Shown: positions 13,270 to 24,000 of the stretch, piece by piece
How positions within the stretch are numbered: the first letter of the stretch is position 1
How the letters are laid out: every line of letters starts with the position of its first letter
Assembly: GCA_012026655.1 (NCBI GenBank)
Contig: JAAILG010000567.1
Location: forward strand, 1-64,000
Source: Hydrolagus affinis
Lineage: Eukaryota
DNA: 64,000 nt
Direction: 5' to 3'
Translations under genes and position numbers: made by a program
Notes under the pieces: model-generated
What the model was told of the DNA's origin: nothing
The model's database searches: none
Seen by the model: the letters and a program-made list of their open reading frames with translations, nothing else

Positions 13270-13450
13270 TTGCAGAAGAGAGGAGGTGCTTAAGACAAGA
13301 CCTAATAGAGGTGGTTAAGGTTATAAAGGGTTTCAATAAGATAGCATAAATAGGCTGTTCCCACTTTTTGAGGAGCCTGTAACCAGGAGACACAAGTATA
13401 AGATGATGACTAGTGGATCTAAAATAGAATTTAGGAGGAAATAGTTCATG
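13270..13450 (+). mobile_element. CR1 3-prime ORF2 fragment
   Basis: RRCLRQDLIEVVKVIKGFNKI (cf. RRRLRGDLIEVYKIMKG). Confidence 0.7.
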
Positions 13451-13589
13451 CAACAAAAACCACAACAAAATGATATTTTAAAGCAGCTGTCATTTCAGGA
13501 AAGATGTCCCAAGGTGCTGGACCATTAGTGTTTCAGATCCGAGCTATGGGTCGGGATTGAGGAGAGTGGAAAGCAAAAACAGCAACAAC

Positions 13590-14170
13590 ACAATTTCATT
13601 TATAGAGCAAAGGTACGGAGGGTGATCAAAGGCATGGTCAAAGAGGAATTCACGAGACAGATCTCAAAGGAGGAAAGGGAGGGGGTGAGGTGGAGAGACC
13701 TTTTGCATTTATGAGGGTTTTGGCGGCCTGCTGTGTGAGACAGTGTTGCAGTTGTGATGGGGGCGGCAGGGACAGAGCAGGTCATGGCATGGATGTTGGG
13801 TAGAAAGGATAGTTGAGGGTCAAACAAGCCGACAAGGTTCCAGAGGTGTGGAGGCGCTGACGGGAGCCATTTAGGAGGGCCTCAGTTACGTTGACGCTCA
13901 ACTGTAAAAAGTTAGGTCTCATCCAGGACTTGATGTCTGACAGAGTCGAGGATGAAAGTAGAGAAATAGATTTAAGCATCGCCCGCATACTTGTGGAAGT
14001 TGACACCATTTCTGCGGTTGATGTCACAAGCAGGAGCATATAGATATATTTAAGAGGAGGGGACCAAAGACTGAGCCTTGAGGAATACTGCATGAGATGG
14101 TGTGGGAGCTAGAGGAGAAGTCGTTTGTGGAGATGAAGTAGAGATGGTTTGAGAAGTAGGATCTTGAAGC
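13590..14170 (-). mobile_element. L2 RT fragment
   Basis: LSDIKSWMRPNFLQLSVNVTEALL; decayed PQGS and YADD regions. Confidence 0.8.
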
Positions 14171-15199
14171 ATGCGTGTTTGGAGCCGTTCTCCCCACAGT
14201 GACTTCAGGTAAACAACGCGAACAGCCCGCGGGCCAGAGATTTCATTTATGGTGGGTTTGTAGCGTACAAGGGTCATTGAAGTGCTTACAGACCACGCTT
14301 ACAATGATTTGTAAACAAATCTGTAACAAAATAAAATATTATTATTATAAATAATAATTCTCTTTTTTTAACAAAGACTGAATCAATTCAGCGTTAACTT
14401 TTAGTATGGAAAAAACACAATAATAATTTGGTCACTCAATCCACAAAGTTTCCATACCAAAAGTTAATGCTGAATTGAATCATTAGGGTTTTTGGTATAT
14501 TCTGTCATAACAAAACTCATATTTACACAACAGTTATGTTTCTGTAGAGCACTGACATTTTTCCTCCTTCGTGCAGAAATGTGGTAAATTCTTTAATTTA
14601 GTTCTTTAGTGCCCCTGTAATGCAGTAATCTAATCATAATATATAATCTAATCATAGGGTTTAGTTGATGAATGCTGCACACTTGGGTTCCATTCTCATG
14701 GTTTATCACATCAAGTGAACCCTTCAATTGGATTACTGCTTCACCCACCGATAACCATCACCTTCTATCCAAAAGTACTACCCTGGTAGTAAACATTTGC
14801 AAATCTCAAAGCAAAAATAACCTTGAAACCCTCTTGTACCAGTTTCTGATTGATATCTTGCATTTTTGTTTACATTAAAATAGTTGTAACATGCACTTAA
14901 TGGCATCAGTCTAAAAGATCTAAGGCACTTAGATAAGTTAGTAAGAATTTACAACCTCCATGAATAAAAGTTAGAATTGTGCCTCTTATAGACCGTGGAA
15001 AGTCAAAGGATTAAAGATTTTTGTACAAAGAGACATCACAAAGTGCTTTTCTAATTCATAATCCCAGGGGTTGGCAGTGCAGCAAAAGAAGTTGTCTTCC
15101 TCAAATTAAAGAATAGGAATTTAAAGTTATGGGGACATGAATTACTTGAGCTCACAATCTAGACTGACCCTTGGAGAGCAGAGCACTGGTCTCCATTTT

Positions 15200-15912
15200 G
15201 ACGCCACTAACTGCTTCTCCTCCAACCCCCACACTGTCATGTGTGGCATCCGCAGGGCTTTGATTTGAAAAGGCTCTCTCTTTTTCAACATCTATATGGT
15301 CCCCCTTGGTGACATAATCTGCAGACATGGGGTCAACTTCCATATGTATGTGGATAACACCCAACTCTATCTTTCTGCTTCCACCCTTAATTCCAGGACC
15401 ACTGCTGTCCTGACAGACTGCCAGTGAAGTCTGGCAAGGACTGGGATAATTGGGAAGTGAAGTTTGATTTGGAATGAAGTAACGTTATGAGTGTCTCTGT
15501 GCGAATGTGTGTCTCTATTTGTGTGTACAGTACTCTTTTTCAAAGCCGTCCATGACTTTCATCCTTCCTGGCTCTGCAACATCATAACCCTCTACCAATC
15601 TGTCCACTCCCTCCCCTCAGTGGTCTGTGGCCTCATTCATTTCGCCTGCCCCACCAATGTTGGATGGTCCTTCAGCCACTCTGCCCCCACCCTCTGGAAC
15701 TCCATCCCACAGTCCTTCCACCTCACCCCATCCCTTGTCTCCTTCAAGACTCACCTCAAGGCTCTCCTTTTTGACCATGCTTTTAATCAACCTCCTCACC
15801 CCCCTACCATTCAACCTCCCCAACTCAACCCCCAGCTCTGGTGCAAAATACTATCTGTCCAGCACCTTTGGACATCCTCCTCATGTAAAATGCAAATTTA
15901 AATTTGTTGTTG
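15200..15912 (+). mobile_element. L2 fragments (RT YxDD region 15200-15420; 3-prime end 15530-15912)
   Basis: ttccatatgtatgtggataacacccaactctat (FHMYVDNTQLY); FSHSAPTLWNSIP..FKTHLK. Confidence 0.8.
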
Positions 15913-15937
15913 TTATATCGTTATTTGTTTCTATGAG

Positions 15938-16112
15938 TGTCTCTCTCTCTTTCTCTCTCTGAGAATGTGCCTCTCTGTCACTAAGTGTATATCTGTGTGT
16001 GTGTGTGTGTGTGTTAGTGTATATGTCTCTCTCTGTGTCTGTAAGTGTATGTGTCTCTCTCTGTGTCTGTGAGTCTGTGTTGTGTCTTTCTCTGGATCTC
16101 TGTGTTTGTGTG
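15938..16112. repeat. Compound (TC)n/(TG)n microsatellite
   Basis: Direct inspection. Confidence 0.9.
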
Positions 16113-16429
16113 CGGTCCCGTTCCTGAGAGGCAGGAGTTAGCGAGCTCAGGCAGCCTCGCTGGTGTCCCCCGCCTCTCCCAAAAAAAGCTATCCGGTGTT
16201 TGTTAAGAAGCAATTCGTTATTTTTGCAACAATCTAATATGCGATACTTTCCTATGTTTAATTTTTTAATCAATAAACTGAAAAAATGTAGCAATAAAAT
16301 ATACCTCAATAGCAATGATCAACCCCCACAATTTCCCCTGCAAAATCTAGCAAAGGCCTCTGCAATAACCCGCAAGATTTGCAAAGTGCCCTGTAATTTT
16401 TTTCAAAAACATCCCTATTTTGCATTTGG

Positions 16430-17135
16430 CCCAGCTCATAGCTCATTCCTCTAACATTGGGAATCATCCTCATTGCTCTCCTCTGCACTGTCTTGAGCCT
16501 TATGTTGTGGTGGCTGGAACAGTATACATGATGGAATACTGACAAGCTTGAGTATAATGTCTGGGCATCTGAACTCAACTGATTCTGCAATATAGCCCAG
16601 CATCCTGTTTGCCTTGCTTATCGCAGGTTGATGTGTTAGGTGTTTCGACATCGTGAGTGACGAGACAACTAACAACCATAGATGTCTTTCAGCCTTCCCC
16701 TCGTTCGGATGGATTACTTGTGCTTCCTATTTCTGGATCCTATATGTAGTACCTTGCATTTATCTGTATTAAATGTCATTTGTCGTTTATCAGTCCTTGT
16801 TCACACCCTATCAAGGTCTCTTCGTAGGACCTTTGTGGCTACCTTTGATTCCAAAGTTTCATTCTTCATGGTGTTATCTACAAATGTAATTATCTCATAC
16901 CAGGTGCAAAGAATCCAGAACATTATATATACGAGGAGCGGGAGGTGCAATCCCATGGCACACCCTGCTTAATATCTCTTCCCATTTTGACCCCACTCCC
17001 CTCACAAAAACCCTCTTTTTCCTTCCCTTCAACCAACTCTGAATCCACATCCATGTCTTGTCCTTGACGTCTTTCATGTAACACTTTGTCAAGCTGGCTA
17101 AATAGCCTTTGGAAGGCTAAATATACCATATCATA
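16430..17135 (-). mobile_element. CR1-clade LINE RT fragment, internally deleted
   Basis: VYLAFQRLFSQLDKVLH (cf. VYLDFQKAFDKVPH), WIQSWLKGRKKRVFVRG..SKW, SKANRMLGYI, LKTVQRRAMRMI. Confidence 0.85.
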
Positions 17136-17407
17136 TGGCTTCTGTGAAACGTGCTATATACAAGTTTGATTTTGTTGTTGTTGTTGTTGTTCTCACAGTT
17201 AATTTGGACTGTTACCTCAAAATGTCTATAATCTCTTGAATCAGAATCTATTGCCATAATAGCAGAAATCCAAGACAACAGAACACCCCCCCACCCTCCA
17301 TCACTGACCAATAACCAGTTGTGTCTCACTGCAGATGACAGTATTTTCCCTCCGCCTCAATCGCCAGTCGCAATGCATTGCAATGCACCACATGTAATAA
17401 TGTATTT

Positions 17408-17765
17408 GTCCAATTCAAGATCCTGGTCCTCACATTTAAAACACTCCACAATCGTGCCCCACACTACATCCGTGACGTTCTAACCCCTTATCAACCTGCC
17501 CGGTCCTCCACTCACCAGGCTCTGGTCTGCTCCACGTCCCCCGACCCATCCGCCCCACCATTGGCAGGTGAGCCTTTAGCCACTCTGCCCCCAACCTCGG
17601 GAACTCCGTCCCGCAGTCCTACGCCTCGCCTGGCCTCCATGACCTCCTTCAAGTCCCACATCAAAACTCTCTCTTCGACGGTCTCCCCCCGTAATCACCC
17701 CCTCCCCCTCCCCACCACACAGTGACTCTCCAGCTTTTATGCAAGTGTAATATTGTTGTTGTTGT
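17408..17765 (+). mobile_element. L2 3-prime fragment followed by a SINE body and tail (17770-17942)
   Basis: QFKILVLTFKTLHNRAPHYI. Confidence 0.8.
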
Positions 17766-19847
17766 CAAAAAAAACACAATAATAAAATTGGTCATTTCAA
17801 TCCGGGACTCTGCTGTGCACAATTGGCTGCCACGTTTCGCCCACAAATGTACAGTCAAATCACTTTACAGCATATTCTGTGAAGCGCCTTGAGACGTCGA
17901 TAAGATGTGAAAAGCGCGATATCAAATACAAGGATTATTATTAATATCGTTGTTGAATTTGACATTGTGTGTGTTATGCCAAGGAGACATCTCAAAGCGA
18001 AATGATGTTTTTGTAGGTGAACATGGCAGCCAGTTTGGGTACAGCAACACCCTTCAAACAGTCCACAATCACAATGAGGAAACACCCACAGAGCCAGCTG
18101 TTACCGCAAGAGACAAATAACATGCAGCAAGGCCTCATCTGGTTTTCCAATTTGGTCATGGTTGGCAGGCAGTGATAGGATAAACAATTCAGGCAGCTCA
18201 TTTTTAAGTTATGGTGGGAGAAGGCAAAAGATCAATGAGACAGATCCGTCATCAATAAAGAAACGTTGATAATATGTGCTAATACTGTTTTATTGAATAC
18301 GGTGGTACAGTGTTAGGGTCTTGATCTGTTTCAATAAATTCATACCATAAAACAAATAATAACTTATCTGGAAAGACCTATGTTCAATTTGTTCCAAGAA
18401 TTATAATGCCTTTGATTTCCCTGAAGGGACATAGAGCACATCCATCTTTTTAGCACAATAACAGGAACATTCTCAAATCTGCCTACAGCCTGTAATTAAG
18501 GATTTATGGCTCTGTTCCATATAAGAGATAAAAGGAATGACAGAACTCACGCAACTTTATGCTGGGAATGTCCTCATAGGAGAATAGAGCTTGTGTCTTG
18601 TACACATGATAGCGTCTTCCAAACAAAGCCTGGAGTGATCAGAGGTACTTAGTATTGAATAACAACGCTTTCAATTTTTTTTAAAAAAACTTCAAACATA
18701 CTTGTGAGTTACTACTTTATAATGTACTAGATGTAACTAAGTTTACACATGAAAGAAAGCAACAGTGTAAGGCATGAAGAAATGAATCATGCGATTTTTA
18801 AAAGCTTTTTGTAACGTCATTTATTTTCTAATTGTGTCAAATGCCAACTCCAGACAAATTAGTTGAGAATCAGGTGAGTGAACTGGCCCCATAAGGTTGA
18901 CAGTGTTACCATTGAGGTGACACTGGGAGGTGTGTGGGAATGATAGCAACATCAATGGCAAGTGATGTGGTTTTAGCTAGTTAGACTCTTGCAGTACCCC
19001 AACGCAAACTCTGGGGTCCCCAAGTCTTGGATCCTGCCAACCTGCGCCTAATGCTTTCTGGAATTAGGTAAACAGGATGTGTGCGCCCAGTGAGAGAGTG
19101 CGCATTCCATTAATCTATCTCTGGGATTTCCATGTGTAGGTTCATGGCTGTTTATGGGACATTGCAATGTGCAAATTGGCTGCTCCATTCCGCAATCCCT
19201 CCTCCTCAAGTCCCGCCTCAAAACCCTCCTCTTTGACAGTCCCATCGGTCACCCCCTTCCCCTCCTTTCCCTCCACCCTCCCCAATCCCAACCCCAGCTC
19301 GGGTTTGAAACACTGATTGTCCAGCGCCTTGGGACATCCTCCTGACGTAAAAGGCACTATACAAATGTAATTTTGTTGTTGTTGTAGGTAGTGTGCATGG
19401 AAATCTCAGTTTGGATTGGATACTGTTGAAAATGGTGTTGTGCCAGACACCGGGCTGTTTCCCCAAAACAGTAAATGTACTTTTTGGCGATGTGATAATT
19501 ATCACCGGTGATAATTATGATAATTGAATGTCTTTCTCACCCTCTTGTCTTGACACTTAATAGCGCAGACATTTTGAAAATAATCTTAGTTTCAGAGCCA
19601 GTTACTTACATTTTGTTTTTTTAAAAAGGCCTAAATGTTGGGAGTCTAACCAGCTAAAACCACTTACTCCCAGATCTCATCAATGCCACTAACCCGTAAG
19701 TTGGAGATGTTTAAGAGCACTTAGGATTGTTGATTTTGTTCTTCTCTCTTTGCTGACAATCACCTCAGCTTCAGGCGACTCCTCACCCAGGTGACCTAGC
19801 TTGGGAAGTTTACAATTTGTTTTGTACTTGAGGTTAAGTTGACAAGA

Positions 19848-20000
19848 ACAACAACAACAACAACAACTTCAATTTATATAGCGCCCTCCACGCCAGACGG
19901 TGTCTCAGAGCGCTTCACAATAGCGGATCCCGGGACCGAGCCAGGGGCAGGGGCAGAAAGGTGACCAAAAGCGCAGGCGAAGAGAAAGGTCTTCAGAAGG
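19848..20000 (-). mobile_element. Second L2 subfamily 3-prime end (also at 3732-3926 and 62245-62308)
   Basis: Near-identical to the 3732 copy; (CAA)n tail. Confidence 0.7.
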
Positions 20001-23000
20001 AGTGGAACAAGTAAAATGACATTCATTCCATTAAACCTGCTCATTTCAGTCCATAAATAACTACCTGTGTTTGTGAGGAGAACCCAACTCTTTGGATATC
20101 TGTTGGGAAATTCCCTTTGCCCCCACCCTTAATCCTTCAATGTAACGAAAAAGAGCTCCAGAACATCTTCTCATTCTTTGGCACCTTTAGCCTGGTCAGC
20201 TGTTTCCCTTTGGCCCGACAACGCAGATTATCATGTCCATTTTGTAGGTGGCACAAATGTTTTACATCTGTTATTTTAAAATCTGAATGGACTTGGCAAA
20301 CTTGGATGTGTTCAAACTAACACTTCGTTTGTTTGATGTTTAATTTTTTTATAAAGCTTAATGTTCCATATCAAACTAATTGAAAAATACTACAGCTTGT
20401 GATGCCATGCTTTTTGGCAACTGAACACAAACTGGGGATGGATGGTTGGTTTAAAAAAGCCATATGATCTTTCAATAACATGTGTTAGTTGTTATAATGT
20501 AATATTATACATAATTCACATTTTTTTGATTGAAATCAGGTGGAAATGTGCAACAACATGGAAATATGTAATAACAATAGAGGGGAAAGAATCACAAAGA
20601 GAGTATTGCAGAGTATTCACTGCTTATCTACTTTATGCTCCAGTGCAAATCTATAATTATTACTGGAATTGAATTTGCTGATTCTGTCTGAAATGGGAAT
20701 TCCTGTCAGATGCAAGTTGTGCTGTGTGGAGATCAAAGGAGAAATACTGAATGTGAAGATAAGTTTTTCTAAATGCTATTGGTTCATTGTGACTTCCAAA
20801 TACCCTTCCCCTGCATGCAGTGCACTGTCGTTCTGGTGGGATTTGTGAGTTTAACTCCGTTCAAAGATACAACATTTCTGAGAAGGGAAGAAGTTGGAAG
20901 AGTTTATTTAAAGTATAATAGCACACCCCACTTTCATTGGTGGCTCCATGAGATTCTGTGGTGAAGCTGAGTCCAGCTAGCTAGGGCTCTCGCGTTCTTG
21001 ATAATAGACAATTCTGAAATGACCTTATAAAGGTTATACAACTTTAAGTGGGATTGAGAAACAAAACACAGAACAATATTTTCAGATACACCATGATAGA
21101 AAACAGGAGGGCAGAAGTTCAAGGTTGCAAATGGTGACAATTTCAGAATAAGCAAAGTGAAGGATTTTTAAACACAGAGAATAATTAAAGATTATCAGGA
21201 AGGGTAGTTGAGTTGAAGGGTAGTTGAGTTCAAGAGTCTGAACTAATTTGAATGTATTTTGCTTCTGCTTTCTCCATTTTTTTCATCAGCTCTGGCAAAT
21301 TTTGAAAAAGTAAATCCAGACCAATACTTTAGGATGCTACCAAGAAAATAGAAGAGGACAACGGTTTAGAGTTGTAAAGGGCAATTTAGGGATAGATAGC
21401 AGGAAGCTTTTCCTTTTGCAGAGGGCAACCTTCCCCTCTCTCCCCTCATCCTCTCTTCCCTCACCCACTCTCCCTTCATACTCCCAGGTCTCAGCCAATT
21501 CCTCAGTAGCTCTCACACTCGCTTCCAAGGCGTTTCAATCCACGACTGTTTGTGGGATGCTACTGTGCACAATTGGCTGCCGCGTTTCGCCCATAAATAT
21601 ACAGTCAATTCACTTTACAGTATATTCTGTGAGGCGCTTTGAGATGTCTGGAGGACGTGAAAAGTGCTGTATCAAATGCAAGGATTATTATAATTATTAT
21701 CAAACCTGGAACAGGTTCCCAGGAAAGGTCACAGAGGCAGGACACTCGGCTCATTTAAAAAACAGTTTGATGCAGTTGCGGGTGGAGGGGGGAACGGCAA
21801 GGTGTGTATTTTGGACGGATGATGCTGGATCTGCTGAAGGGTTTTCATCATCCAGACCAATCTTCCAAACTTGTGATCTTGTGAAATTATCAGTTTTATC
21901 ATTATCTCTGTTGTCTTGATACTCCTAATAATAATACTGTAACAATAATAATCATTGCATTTAATATAGCGCTTTTCACATCTTCTAGCTGTCTCAAAGC
22001 GCTACACAGAATATACTGTAAAGTGAATTTACTGTATATTTATGGGTGGGGCCCCGTGTGAAGGGCACTACATAAATACAACTTGTTGTTGTTCTGCATG
22101 CCTAACAGTGGGACACACCACACATTTCCTACAGTTTAGAGAGACCCTTTTCAAAAGATAGTACAGGTTAGTTTGAGGCACAAATGAGTTAAGAAATAAC
22201 TGCATCAAATATATTCTGGGAGTAATTAGGGCCACAATGTTAGTAATATGAAGCAGAAGAGAAATAACTAGTTTATTCTGGGCCAAACCAGAACACTAAG
22301 TTCCTTTTGATGGGGTTGCTGGTTTTGTGGAAAACTACTACTGGGAAATAAATACTTCCTCATGTTGTTACCCTTTACAATCCTGAACCTGTGCTCCCTT
22401 GTCCTGTTTGTTTTGTACACCTAGATATAATGTTCAGGATTTGCTTTCTCAGTCCTATTTACCATCCCATTTTATATTCAGTAGTGTCAGCCTGACTTAG
22501 TGGTAGTCTCTTGCCTCTGAGAGAAAGGTTATGGGTTCAAGTCCCACATTGGGACTGGGACAACAAATTACATTTGTATGACGCCATTCACTTTGGGAGG
22601 ACGTCCCAAGGTGCTTTATAATCCAAAGTGAAGGAGTCCCTGTCAATTTTCCGATAACAGAGAACTTTTTCCAGCATTCAAGACTTGTGAAGGGCTGATT
22701 TAATATCTGAATGAATAGTTCAACCAGAGCACTAAAAGCGGAACATTGCAAAGGCACACTTATTTTGTGAGTTTTAAACTATTCTTCTTCGAGAATGCTG
22801 AAATTCCCCACAGCACAATTAAATAACAACAAGTTGCATTTACATAGCGCACATCGTGCAAAGTGGCATCAGAGCGCTTAACAATGGTGTGGTTTAATGC
22901 TGAGATGGTGAGAAAAGGGAGATGACTTTTGCACAGTCAAGGAGAAAAATCTGAAAACAGGCAAAGCGGGGGCTAGGTGGAGGGGTTGACGCAGGAAGTT

Positions 23001-23094
23001 TCAGAGATGATTGAAATTTGTATATGAGCAAATATGGTCTTTCATATGTCAATTGCTAAAAATAGTGAGTCTTTGTTTATTGTATACAAAGTAA

Positions 23095-24000
23095 TGATTC
23101 TCACCTTTAAAGCCCTCCATGGCCTTACCCCACCCTATCACTGAGATTTCCTAAATCTCTACCAACCTGTCCACTCCCTCTGCTCAGCGGGTTCCGGCCT
23201 GCTCTATGTCCCCTGCTCCTCTTGCCCCCTCCCCCACCCCCACCCACCCCATCGACAGGCGAGCCTTCAGCTACTCTGCCCCTAACCTTTGGAATTCCAT
23301 CCTGCAATCTCTCACCCCCTCCCTAGCCTCATTCAGTCCCACTCAAGAGCCTCCTCTTCGACTATGCCATTGGTTACCCACCTTCCCCTCCCTTCCCTCC
23401 ACCCTCCCTGATCCCACCTTGTGTCCGAAACACTCACTGTCCAGCACCTTGAGACATGCTCCCGACTTGAAAGGTGCTATACAAATGCTATTTGTTGTTG
23501 TTAAAGGCCATCCCATGATAAACCAATCACAAAGGATACATGTATCAGCTTTGATTAAACCCAACTTATTCTAGATAAAGTTATTAGAACCCTGCAACCA
23601 CATCATCAGCTGCAATACATAGTCACTACAGTTTACAAGAACAACAACAAAATGACATTTGTAGAGCGCCTTTCATGTAGGGAGTACGTTCCAAGGCGCT
23701 GAACAGTCAGGTGTCATGACCCGAGCATGGGGTGGAGGTGGGGAAGGGTAGGGATGAGGGTGGGAAGAGAGTTAGGGGGACAGCTGATTGCACGATTGAA
23801 AAGGAGGGTCTTGAGTCGGGCGTTGAAGGAGGCAAGGGAGAGAGCAAGGCAAAGGGATTGTGAGATGGAGAGGATGAAAGCCTGGCCACCAGGCTTGGTA
23901 GGGTGGGTCGGGTGGGAGACATGGAGCAGGGTGGAACCTACTGTACAGAGGGAGCGGACAGGTTGATGTGGGGGTCAGCAGGTAAGAGAGGTAGGAGTAT
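23095..24000. mobile_element. Two convergent L2 3-prime fragments (+ 23095-23502; - 23640-24000)
   Basis: RAFSYSAPNLWNSI; both end in a stem-loop plus (TTG)n. Confidence 0.75.

Noticed and set aside
21416-21919. 167-aa ORF and recurrent QSTTVCG/CKDYY ORFs
   Set aside because: These are translations of the SINE body and LINE scraps.
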